This document shows positions 51,732 through 61,912 of a stretch of DNA of 64,000 bases, piece by piece. The stretch's first letter is position 1, and the number at the start of each line of letters is the position of its first letter. Origin of the DNA: an uncultured Actinomycetaceae bacterium (GTDB lineage: Bacteria; Actinomycetota; Actinomycetes; Actinomycetales; Actinomycetaceae); the NCBI GenBank assembly GCA_902464405.1, contig CABQJD010000001.1, positions 22,408 through 86,407 on the forward strand. The letters run 5' to 3'. The position numbers and the translations under genes are program-made. The notes beneath the pieces were generated by a model that saw only the letters and a list, made by a program, of their open reading frames with translations, was not told where the DNA came from and made no database searches.

Positions 51732-54050
51732 CTAAATTTTGCGCAGACGCAACGAGTTTGCCACCACGATCACAGAGCTGCTTGCCATTGCCGCAGCAGC
51801 AAGCCCTGGCACGATCACACCGCCAAGCGCGAGAGGAATGGCAATGAGGTTGTAGGCAAATGCCCACACCAAATTTTCTTTAATAATTCGCAGCGTGCGT
51901 CTTGAAATATAGATGGCACGAGCCACAAGGCGAGGATCAGAGGTGATAATCGTGATATCAGCAGCAGCTTTCGCCACATCAGTGCCAGCACCCATCGCAA
52001 CAGAAAGATCAGCAGCAGCCAGAGCAGCAGCGTCATTCACGCCGTCACCAACCATCACAACTATTTCCCCACGAGCTTGAAAATCTCGAACAACTTTCAT
52101 TTTTCCCTCAGGTAAAACTCCTCCCAAAGCCGAAATTCCGAGGCGAGAAGCCACATTATCTGCAGCAGCTTGGGAATCTCCAGAGAGCATAAGAGGCGTG
52201 ACTCTACATTGCTTGAGCTGTTCGATTGCTTCGATAGATTCTGGTCGCATACTATCAGCCACAACGATAACTCCTATATCTTCCTTCTCATTCGCGACGA
52301 CGACGGCAGTTTTCCCTTCAGCTTGAATTGCGCGCACAGCCTCACTCGTCGCACCAGAAAGGGTGATGCCGTTTTCTCGCATCCACGCTAATGAACCAAC
52401 AAAAAGCGGCACACTGCACTGTGAACTAAGCTCAATAACACCCCGAACGCCTGCACCAGGCTTCGAGTAAAAATCACTGACAGCAAAACTTTCGGGAGAT
52501 CGCAGGTTTCGCATACTAGGTCCACGTGCAATTGCTTGCGCGATCGGATGCTCAGAACGAGATTCAAGCGCACCCGCAAGTTCTAATATCTGATCTGTGG
52601 GAATCGCGCCGCTTGACTTCACACTTGCAACACTCATCTCACCGCGAGTGAGGGTGCCTGTTTTATCTAAAAGTGCAATACTCACACGATGAGCACGCTC
52701 TAGAACTTCAGCACTGCGTATAAGAATCCCCTGACGACTTGCCGCGCTTGAGCCAACAAGTAAGGCCGTAGGAGTGGCTAACCCCAATGCGCATGGACAC
52801 GCAACAACAAGTACTGTGATTGCGCTGGTTAAAGCAGTTTCATAACTATTTCCTACAGCGAGACGGCACAGAAGATCCCCCATAGCCAAAAGAAGCACAG
52901 CTGGCACAAAAACAGATGAAACCTTGTCTGCCAAACGCTGCATATGCGCTTTCTCTGCCTGCGCTTCAGCAAGAAGCCGACCCATATGGGAGAGAGTGGT
53001 CTGCGCTCCAACTCTCGTAGCACGCACTTCAAGCACACCATAGGTATTGATCGTCGCCCCTATAACTTCGCTCCCCTGGTGTACTTCAACTGGAATCGAT
53101 TCACCCGTCACAAACGATGCATCAACAGCTGATGCACCCGAAAGAACTACCCCATCGGTTGCTATTTTCTCCCCAGGCTTGACGAGAAATACGTCGCCCA
53201 CGCGAAGATCGTGTGCCGCAATTTCAACTATCGATTCACCTTCTGACGATCGACGCACAACCCGTGCTGTTGCTGCTCCGAGGTTTAACAGTGCGCGCAG
53301 TTCATTTCCAGCGCTTCGACGCGAACGCCCCTCCAAGCAACGCCCAAGCAAAAGGAAGGTGACGATCATAGCCGCTGATTCAAAATAAACATGAGGAGCT
53401 ACGCCATGCTCAGCTATTGAATGCACACCGCCCATATACATGATGTATCCGATAGTGCCTGCACCCCCAAAGAGGAGCGCCCAAAAGCTCCAGAGCATCG
53501 AGGCAATGACGCCGAGCGAAACAAGCGTATCCATTGTGGAGCTTGCGTGCCGAGCAGCACGAAATGCCGCTCGATGAAATGGCCACGCACAATAGAATGC
53601 AACTACCGACGCGAGGAGCGCAGCAACCCACTGCCAACCCAAAAACTGCCAACTGGGAATCATTGAGATCAGCACAATCGGCACACTCAACACAAACGAA
53701 ATTTTAAATCTGCGCCACAGATCGGAAATACGAATCGCAGCTTCGTCTGTATCGGGCATATCGTCGGCAGAATGAGACTCAGCCGACTTCTCTGCACTCT
53801 GCAACGGGACTGCTCCGTAGCCAGCTTTTTCAACAATATCAATAAGTTCACTATCAGTGATCTGCTCTGCTTCTTGTGAAATCTGGATATGAGCTTGCTC
53901 CGTGGCAAGATTCACTACAGCGTGCACTCCTGGCACTTTGTTGAGCTTCTTTTCAATACGAGCTGCGCATGCAGCGCAGGTCATGCCAGAAATAGAAAAA
54001 ACGCGCTCTGCAGCTATTGAGGAAGGTAGTCCTTCCGTCAAATTATTCAC
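51732..54050 (-). CDS. copA: Copper-type P1B ATPase
   Basis: GMTCAAC, CPCALGLATP, DKTGT, EHP, GDGVND, YN and MAASS motifs. Confidence 0.92.
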   Translation of the reverse strand: MNNLTEGLPSSIAAERVFSISGMTCAACAARIEKKLNKVPGVHAVVNLATEQAHIQISQEAEQITDSELIDIVEKAGYGAVPLQSAEKSAESHSADDMPDTDEAAIRISDLWRRFKISFVLSVPIVLISMIPSWQFLGWQWVAALLASVVAFYCAWPFHRAAFRAARHASSTMDTLVSLGVIASMLWSFWALLFGGAGTIGYIMYMGGVHSIAEHGVAPHVYFESAAMIVTFLLLGRCLEGRSRRSAGNELRALLNLGAATARVVRRSSEGESIVEIAAHDLRVGDVFLVKPGEKIATDGVVLSGASAVDASFVTGESIPVEVHQGSEVIGATINTYGVLEVRATRVGAQTTLSHMGRLLAEAQAEKAHMQRLADKVSSVFVPAVLLLAMGDLLCRLAVGNSYETALTSAITVLVVACPCALGLATPTALLVGSSAASRQGILIRSAEVLERAHRVSIALLDKTGTLTRGEMSVASVKSSGAIPTDQILELAGALESRSEHPIAQAIARGPSMRNLRSPESFAVSDFYSKPGAGVRGVIELSSQCSVPLFVGSLAWMRENGITLSGATSEAVRAIQAEGKTAVVVANEKEDIGVIVVADSMRPESIEAIEQLKQCRVTPLMLSGDSQAAADNVASRLGISALGGVLPEGKMKVVRDFQARGEIVVMVGDGVNDAAALAAADLSVAMGAGTDVAKAAADITIITSDPRLVARAIYISRRTLRIIKENLVWAFAYNLIAIPLALGGVIVPGLAAAAMASSSVIVVANSLRLRKI

Positions 54051-54277
54051 CGCGCAATCTCCACCACAGAATATGCGCCAGCTTCATCTACTGCTTCACG
54101 AAGTACCTCATCACTCAAGGGGTTCTCAGCAGAAATACATGCTGTGCTTACTCCGTTTGGCTCAAGATGAACATCGACTCTCGTCACCGCCTCAAGCGCA
54201 CCCAGTTCTTCCGTGACGTGCTGCACACAATGATCGCAAGTGAGGCCGCTAAGCTTCATGACTATATTCTCTACCAT
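54047..54277 (-). CDS. copZ: Heavy-metal chaperone (HMA)
   Basis: GLTCDHC; coupled to copA. Confidence 0.88.
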   Translation of the reverse strand: MVENIVMKLSGLTCDHCVQHVTEELGALEAVTRVDVHLEPNGVSTACISAENPLSDEVLREAVDEAGAYSVVEIAR

Positions 54278-54550
54278 TCTTTTTCCTTTCGCTCGCTGAA
54301 TGAATATCTACCAAACAACACATAGGTAAACGGAATTTTATGCCTATTCATTCCATCACCCATCGCAAGATTATTTTCTTTTTCTCACCTTATAAGGCGC
54401 CTTGGGTAAAATTTCGGAAATTTACCACAAACTTTTAATTGATAATAAATCTAGATAAAGCAGAAATATCTGAGATAAAATTACCTTACTGTATTAGCAC
54501 ATACCCATTAGTACGCAAATAGCCACAATAGCAAAATAGTAGGAGCATCC

Positions 54551-55005
54551 ATGAGCAGCAACATTCCCGAGTTTCCACATACTCCTCAAGAACCAGCATT
54601 ATCTCCGCAAGGATTTCACCTTCAAGAGGAATCCACTCAGCAGCCCTACGCTCAACAACCCTACGCCCAACAAGCGCCTAATCCTCCACAATTCACACAA
54701 CCTCAGTACACACAGCCCCAGTACACACAACAGCCGTATACGCAGCCACAGTTTGCAGCTCAACCGCAATACGCAGCTCCTACACCTACTGATAGCGGAT
54801 CGTTCGGCTGGGCTGTGCTGGGCTTCTTTTTCCCGCTTGTGGGTTTAATCCTCCTCCTTGTGTGGAAAGATTCAATGCCCTTGAGTGCGAAAAAGCAGGT
54901 ATTGGCGCGCTCGTGGGTGTAATTAGTGAGGCAGTACTGGCGATTGCGGGCATTGCTTTATTTATGATGATGCTCGAAATCGCTGTGCATTCTATCACTA
55001 TCTGA
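54551..55005 (+). pseudogene. Gln/Pro-rich membrane protein with apparent frameshift at A5 run 54890-54894
   Basis: QQPY repeats, DSGSFGWAVLGFFFPLVGLIL; one extra A gives KKAGIGALVGV... hydrophobic helix ending at TGA 55003-55005. Confidence 0.65.
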
Positions 55006-55065
55006 TACGCCAAAACTTTCTCTCTTATGTTCGAGATACATATACGTTCACTACACTCTTAAGCG

Positions 55066-55103
55066 ATCTCTTGAGGATATTATCAAAACTATCCTCAAGA
55101 GAT
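55066..55103. terminator. Inverted repeat (terminator or operator)
   Basis: 14-bp arms ATCTCTTGAGGATA / TATCCTCAAGAGAT. Confidence 0.5.
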
Positions 55104-55133
55104 TTTGCTGAGTCGTACGGATAGGATATAGCT

Positions 55134-56060
55134 ATGCCAGAGCAAAAAGATCACCCGTACGTTCATAAAAAGCCACCACACAGCCCTGAAGAGCCTCGGC
55201 AGTACACCTTGAAAAGCTCTGATCAAGGGGATCGCCGCCGCCGACTTCCTCTCTCAAAAATTGCGCTGTTACCAAAGCAGCTTCTGCACTTTGCATGGAT
55301 CCAACTCCAATGCTGCCTCTTCCCTGCGCTGATTTTTGTTGGGTTAGCTGCGGCGAGCTTGATCTGGAAATACACCGATCCACCGATCGCCCGATATGAC
55401 GCTCTCCTTATTTACGTATTGCTGATACAAATTGCGTTCGTCATCTTCAAACTAGAATCGTGGCGCGAACTCCTCGTCATCTGCGCTTTTCACCTCATCG
55501 GTTTAGCACTTGAGATTTTCAAAACCCATGTAGGTTCGTGGACTTATCCGGATCCAGGAGTTGTAAAGCTCCTCGGCGTGCCAATTTTCTCTGGATTTAT
55601 GTATGCTTCTGTCGGTTCCTATATCTGCCAGGCATTCCGCCGCTTCGAGCTGAGAATCAATCGTCTCAGCTGGCTGCCCGTCTCCATTCTTGCCATTGCC
55701 GCATACTCAAATTTCTACACTCACCACTGGATTCCAGATCTTCGCTGGGTGATCGCTCTAGGTTTTATCGTCGCTCTCTGGAAATCAAAGATCTTCTTCA
55801 GCGTTGGACGAGAACGATATTGGATGCCTACTGCCATGAGTTTCGTGCTTATCGGCATGTTTTTATGGATTGCCGAAAACGCTGCCACATTCCTCGGCGC
55901 GTGGGCATACCCAAATCAAATGCACGGCTGGGAAATGGTGCACGTGGGAAAACTTGGCTCGTGGAGCTTGCTCATATCACTGAGCTTTGTGCTGGTTGCC
56001 GCCGTCAAACGCTGGGAAGGCACCTTTTACGGAAGCGGCCCAGCCGCCGTCACCCCTTGA
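55134..56060 (+). CDS. DUF817-like membrane protein
   Basis: RYDAL, FHLIGLALEIFK, GFMYASVGSY, WIAEN, WAYPNQ. Confidence 0.8.
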   Translation: MPEQKDHPYVHKKPPHSPEEPRQYTLKSSDQGDRRRRLPLSKIALLPKQLLHFAWIQLQCCLFPALIFVGLAAASLIWKYTDPPIARYDALLIYVLLIQIAFVIFKLESWRELLVICAFHLIGLALEIFKTHVGSWTYPDPGVVKLLGVPIFSGFMYASVGSYICQAFRRFELRINRLSWLPVSILAIAAYSNFYTHHWIPDLRWVIALGFIVALWKSKIFFSVGRERYWMPTAMSFVLIGMFLWIAENAATFLGAWAYPNQMHGWEMVHVGKLGSWSLLISLSFVLVAAVKRWEGTFYGSGPAAVTP

Positions 56061-56217
56061 TACTCGATACGAGACGCATCTCGGCATATCTCTTTCGCGC
56101 AAGATCGGAAATTTACGACGTGCTTAAACTTGTGCACAAACTCGCGCTCTCAGCCCAAATTACAGACTCAATTACAAGAGCCAGCAACGCCTAGTAAATC
56201 TAGCAACACTACCCAAA

Positions 56218-56568
56218 CTAATCACGTGGACGCGGCATCATATACAGCACCATTTTTGAAGGCGTAACTGCTTTAACGGCATGGGGAAGCCGCGTCGTAA
56301 AATGAACAAGCCCTCCTGGCAGAAGAGTAACGGTTTTCCCTTCTGCCGTAATCTCAACTTCGCCCTCAAGAATCTGCACGAGCACAGGCATTGCCGCAGT
56401 ATGCTCAGAGAGTTCTTCACCTGCATCAAAAGAAAAGAGCACCACATTCACGCCCTCAGCGCGCATGATTGTTTTAGAAACAGTTGATCCCTCAGCGTAT
56501 TCAATACGATCGGCGAGATTTTCAATAAAACCAAACATTGCAGTTGGCAAAAATTTACGATCGCTCAT
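56218..56568 (-). CDS. Cupin domain protein
   Basis: FSFDAGEELSEH, PHAVKA. Confidence 0.85.
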   Translation of the reverse strand: MSDRKFLPTAMFGFIENLADRIEYAEGSTVSKTIMRAEGVNVVLFSFDAGEELSEHTAAMPVLVQILEGEVEITAEGKTVTLLPGGLVHFTTRLPHAVKAVTPSKMVLYMMPRPRD

Positions 56569-56619
56569 TTTCTCCACTTTCTTTCGCGCGGAAGTTCATT
56601 CAGCAGTGACGATATCCCA

Positions 56620-57453
<834 letters not shown>

Positions 57454-57471
57454 AACCTACAGCATATCAAA

Positions 57472-57490
57472 TAAGGTAAGGCTTGCCTTA
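57472..57490. promoter_or_regulatory. DtxR/IdeR iron box
   Basis: TAAGGTAAGGCTTGCCTTA, 18/19 match to TWAGGTWAGSCTWACCTWA. Confidence 0.8.
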
Positions 57491-57566
57491 TTGAATTAGT
57501 AAAAGCGGGAGATATTTCTACGCATATCTCTCACATTATTTACGCTCTTACTTAGCTGCGGAAGAA

Positions 57567-58295
57567 TCAATCACACTTAGTCACAGCAGAATCGCATCTA
57601 GCCGTAGCAGATTTTTTATTTCGATACACACGCTTCACAATCCACACAGCAACAACAGCAACGCACAGCAACAGAAAAATCTTTGAGAAAAGCGATCCGT
57701 ACTCTTCGACGATATGCCAGTTTTCGCCTAAAAGATAGCCAGCCGTCACGAGAATAATATTCCAGATTGCCGAGCCAGCAGCTGTAAACAATATGAACTG
57801 CCATACAGGCATTTTCACCACGCCAGCTGGAAGCGAGATTAAGCATCGGAAAACAGGAAGCATGCGCCCGAAAAATACTGTTGGGCGATGATGCGTATTG
57901 AAAAATGCTTCTGTGCGATCCACATCATCAATATCGAGCAGCGGAATTTTACTCATCCACTGCCGCGTGCGTTCACGCCCAAAACGTCGAGCCAGCTCGT
58001 AGAGCACAAGCGAACCGCATACAGCGCCGATAGTTGAAGTAACAATTGCCGCAACCACACCAAAACTTGTGCCTCGGCTTGCTGTAAATCCAGCCAAAGG
58101 AAGCACGATCTCAGAGGGTACAAAAGGCAAGATATTTTCGAGGGTGGTGAGCACAAATACGGCTCCCAAACCGAGAGTATCCATAAATTCAACAACCCAG
58201 TTGGTGAATGCAATCAGAATACCGCCAGAATCGTCCGCACTCGCAGCATACACAAATTCAGTGGGCGTGGCACCACTCACTAAAAAGTTTGTCAT
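57567..58295 (-). CDS. DedA family membrane protein
   Basis: LENILPFVPSE, FFGRMLPVFR, ISLPAG. Confidence 0.9.
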   Translation of the reverse strand: MTNFLVSGATPTEFVYAASADDSGGILIAFTNWVVEFMDTLGLGAVFVLTTLENILPFVPSEIVLPLAGFTASRGTSFGVVAAIVTSTIGAVCGSLVLYELARRFGRERTRQWMSKIPLLDIDDVDRTEAFFNTHHRPTVFFGRMLPVFRCLISLPAGVVKMPVWQFILFTAAGSAIWNIILVTAGYLLGENWHIVEEYGSLFSKIFLLLCVAVVAVWIVKRVYRNKKSATARCDSAVTKCD

Positions 58296-58539
58296 AACTC
58301 CAATCTACCCAAAACAGCTATGTATTTACCTCAGCCCAACGAAGATAGCGGGCGACATTCGTCACGTTTAATCATTGAAATTCAACACACATCGATAAGG
58401 CTGCGTATCTTTCGAGCTTGCAGATTACAGATCATGATTTTTCCTATACTATTCAACTATTACAGCAACACGTCTACCCGCGAAATTGCCGTATTTGCAA
58501 AACTCTTTTCTTCAGATCGCCGCTCGCAACCTCTGCTAG

Positions 58540-59982
58540 CTAGGCTAAAAACTCAACGAGCTGAGCAGCAAGCCCTGTATAGTTTGCTGGAGTGAGAGCC
58601 AATAAACGTTTCTCCACTTCTTCTGGGATACCCAGCGAAAGAATGAATTCACGCATATCTTCTGCCGTGACGGCGTGCCCGCGAGTAAGCTCTTTGAGCC
58701 GCTCATAGGGATTGCCCATACCCTTTGCTCCCGCAATTGATGCTGCACGCATGGCCTGTTGAATTGGCTCACCGAGCACTTCCCAGGAAGCGTCGAGATC
58801 TTGTGCCATACGAGCTGCGCCTACATCAAGCCCGGCAACACCTCGACGCAGATTATCGAGCGCCAGCAGTGAATGCCCAAACGCTACGCCGATATTTCGC
58901 TGCGTGGTGGAATCCGTGAGGTCACGCTGCATACGGCTCGTCACGAGCGTAGAAGAAAGCGTATCGAACAAAGCACACGAAATTTCCAGATTAGCCTCGG
59001 CGTTTTCAAAACGAATCGGATTCACTTTGTGCGGCATTGTGGAAGATCCTGTGCTTCCTTGAGCCGCAAGATTTTGATGGAAATAGCCAAGTGAAATATA
59101 TGCCCAAAAATCAGTGGCTAGATTATGGCAAATACGATTGAAATGCGCGATAGAGCCAAAAAGCTCTGCATCCCAATCATGGCTCTCAATCTGCGTAGTC
59201 AGCGGGTTCCACACCAAACCTAAGCTCTCTACGAAATCGTGAGAAAGTGCAATCCAATCAGCGCCAGGGATAGCTGCCAAATGCGCACCAAACGTTCCCG
59301 TTGCCCCATTGATCTTGCCCATATATTCTTGAGCAGCCACATGCTTCAGCTGCCTCCCAAGGCGCCATGCAAATACGGCAATCTCTTTGCCGAGCGTAGT
59401 TGGGGTGGCTGTCTGCCCATGTGTGCGTGCGAGCATCGGCTGCTCGGCCGTTTCCTGAGCAAGGCTCGTCAGCTGCTGCACAAACGCTTCTGCAGCTGGA
59501 TACCATACGTTCACTACAGCGTCACGCACAACCACAGCATACGAAAGATTATTGATATCTTCGCTCGTGCAGAAAATATGCACAATCTCGTGAATCTGCG
59601 TAAGCGCTGTATCAGCACCTAACGGCTCGCCATCGACCACGGCCTCAGGCGCAGTATCTAAACGGCTCTTAATGAAATACTCCACCGCTTTGACGTCGTG
59701 CTTCGTCTCAGCTTCGATCTCGGCAAGTTCGGCGATTTCTGCAGCACCAAAGCTATCTACAAGCCCTCGCAAATATGTTTTCTCTGCTTCGCTCAGTTCA
59801 GGAGCGCCTTCCAATACTCCACGTTCAAGCAGAAAGATCAGCCATTCCACTTCCACATAGATACGCGCTCGATTCAAAGCAGCTTCTGAAAGGTAGTTGA
59901 CGAGAGGAGCCGCTACAGAACGGTAACGCCCATCAAGCGGGCCTAAAGCGATAGCTGGCGAAATTTCTGCAAGATTACCCAT
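58540..59982 (-). CDS. purB: Adenylosuccinate lyase
   Basis: LDGRY, TSEDINN, GSSTMPHKVNP. Confidence 0.96.
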   Translation of the reverse strand: MGNLAEISPAIALGPLDGRYRSVAAPLVNYLSEAALNRARIYVEVEWLIFLLERGVLEGAPELSEAEKTYLRGLVDSFGAAEIAELAEIEAETKHDVKAVEYFIKSRLDTAPEAVVDGEPLGADTALTQIHEIVHIFCTSEDINNLSYAVVVRDAVVNVWYPAAEAFVQQLTSLAQETAEQPMLARTHGQTATPTTLGKEIAVFAWRLGRQLKHVAAQEYMGKINGATGTFGAHLAAIPGADWIALSHDFVESLGLVWNPLTTQIESHDWDAELFGSIAHFNRICHNLATDFWAYISLGYFHQNLAAQGSTGSSTMPHKVNPIRFENAEANLEISCALFDTLSSTLVTSRMQRDLTDSTTQRNIGVAFGHSLLALDNLRRGVAGLDVGAARMAQDLDASWEVLGEPIQQAMRAASIAGAKGMGNPYERLKELTRGHAVTAEDMREFILSLGIPEEVEKRLLALTPANYTGLAAQLVEFLA

Positions 59983-60103
59983 AGCTCCATTCTTCCACGT
60001 CATAGCATCGCGTATTTTTACGCCCTTAATATGAGACTTACTTTCTCAATAAATGACCAATTCTAAGTGTGCATATTTCCCACTTCACCGTATTGTTGTA
60101 TCC

Positions 60104-61411
60104 ATGACGCCAAATCCACAGCCTGCAATCAAGCGCCTTGCGATTGACTGCCCCTACTTTCGCCGCAATATCTGCCACTCCTGCGCGTGGCTCGATAAAC
60201 CTTACGAAGAGCAGTTGGCAGCAAAACAGCAGCGAGCCAGCGAACTTTTAGAACCGTTCGCGAGCGCGAATGGCATCACATGGACAGCACCTTATGCGTC
60301 ATTTCCTGAAAATTTTCGCAATAAAGTGAAGCTCGCCGTCACTGGCTCAATTGCTCGCCCGAAACTCGGTATTCTCACCGATCCACGCACAGGAGCTGGC
60401 GCTGACCTACAAGAATGCCCACTCCCCACCCTTGGAATCCGCCAGGCTCTGCCTGAAATCACACACTTTATCACGCACGCCAAACTGCAGCCATACAATA
60501 TGCACACCAACGAAGGGGTGCTCAAGTATGTGATCGTGATGGAATCGCCACGAGGGGAGCTTATGATCCGATTCGTGGTGCGCAGACGCGGCGCTCAAGG
60601 AGCGATTTTCAAGCACTATTCGCTGCTCAAAGAAGCACTCCCCGCCTTACGGGTCTGCTCAATCAATGTGCAGCCACAGCATACGGCAATTATTGAAGGG
60701 GAAGAGGAAATTATCGTCAGCCCAGGTGCCAACGCAAAAATCAGCCCTTGGCTTCCGATGGAGTTGAGGCTCGATGATTTTTCGCCTGCACACACTCTCC
60801 AGCTTGCCGTGACGCCGAAATCGTTTTTTCAAACAAACACTAGTGCTGCTGAAGTATTGTATCGTCGCGCACAAGATTGGCTTGCGGGAGTCAGCAGCGC
60901 GTGGGATCTCTACTGTGGCGTTGGCGGCTTCGGTCTAGCATTAGCAAGCAATCCACTCTCCACATCTAGGGCTGGGCGAAACTTTGAATCGGAATCGTCA
61001 CGCCCTGAAGCCGCTGGCGTGAAAGTGCCAGGCACGCAGGTAACGGGAGTGGAGGTGAGTATCGCCGCTATTGGCGCAGCGCGAGAAGCTGCACAAGTAA
61101 ATGGAGTGGCAAAGCACACTCGTTTTGTGGCAGCTGATGCTTACGACTGGGTATGCCAGCAGAAATCGAAAGAGCCACTGCCTGAAGCTATCATCGTTAA
61201 TCCTCCTCGACGAGGTATTGGGAAAGATTTGGCGGCGTGGCTCAACGAAAGTGGTGTGCCAAACGTACTTTATTCCTCATGTAACGCACAGACCTTGGCA
61301 CGCGATCTTGCCGATATGCCAGCCTACGCAATCACACACGCACAGGTAATTGATATGTTTGCACACACCAGCCACTTCGAGAGTGTCGTGTTAATGTCGA
61401 GGACTGATTAG
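60104..61411 (+). CDS. rlmC: 23S rRNA uracil-C5 methyltransferase (RlmC/RlmD family)
   Basis: CPYF...CHSC cluster, SFFQTN, DLYCGVG, NPPR, YSSCN, DMF.HT.H.E. Confidence 0.85.
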   Translation: MTPNPQPAIKRLAIDCPYFRRNICHSCAWLDKPYEEQLAAKQQRASELLEPFASANGITWTAPYASFPENFRNKVKLAVTGSIARPKLGILTDPRTGAGADLQECPLPTLGIRQALPEITHFITHAKLQPYNMHTNEGVLKYVIVMESPRGELMIRFVVRRRGAQGAIFKHYSLLKEALPALRVCSINVQPQHTAIIEGEEEIIVSPGANAKISPWLPMELRLDDFSPAHTLQLAVTPKSFFQTNTSAAEVLYRRAQDWLAGVSSAWDLYCGVGGFGLALASNPLSTSRAGRNFESESSRPEAAGVKVPGTQVTGVEVSIAAIGAAREAAQVNGVAKHTRFVAADAYDWVCQQKSKEPLPEAIIVNPPRRGIGKDLAAWLNESGVPNVLYSSCNAQTLARDLADMPAYAITHAQVIDMFAHTSHFESVVLMSRTD

Positions 61412-61663
61412 GTGGGCGCATTTTAGGCTTTGTGTAGTAAGGCTTAGTGAGGGTAATCGTTAAAATGTTTAATGAGTGGCGGCTGTAAGCTGGGTTTTCG
61501 CGATTTTTGAACGTATTTTGGCTGTTTGAGAGAAGATATCAACGTTCTAGGGTCGAGTGCGCAGGATGTTAACGTTAAAAAGTGCACACACTTTGCACCC
61601 AACATATACGCTCATGAAAGCATCAACGCAATCACAGTAGACTCTCAAAATACCAGACGCCTA

Positions 61664-61702
61664 TTGAAATCAATCTCATAGTATAATACTATGTATACAT
61701 AG
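61664..61702 (+). promoter_or_regulatory. Sigma70-type promoter with overlapping 14-bp palindrome
   Basis: TTGAAA (61664-69), 17 nt, TACTAT (61687-92); CTATGTATACATAG at 61689-61702. Confidence 0.6.
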
Positions 61703-61723
61703 AAGTATGAAATGAGGTTGTTT

Positions 61724-61912
61724 ATGTCGATAGCTCATAGCAAGACCAAGACTAAAAATAAGAAACTACTGCAAATTTATATAGAGCCAAATCTGCATAA
61801 AGCGTTGGGACAATACTGCTTGGATAAAGATACAAAAAACGCACCTGTAGTAAGGGAGATATTAGCTCGATTTCTTGAAAGTGAAGGATATTATAAACGA
61901 GGTGACAAATAA
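61724..61912 (+). CDS. Small ribbon-helix-helix-like protein
   Basis: LQIYIEPNLHKAL...VVREILARFL pattern; GAGG RBS; TAATG overlap with MTase start. Confidence 0.6.
   Translation: MSIAHSKTKTKNKKLLQIYIEPNLHKALGQYCLDKDTKNAPVVREILARFLESEGYYKRGDK

Noticed and set aside
54278..54550. CsoR operator upstream of copZA
   Set aside because: No convincing TACC...GGTA-type palindrome and no csoR gene in the window.
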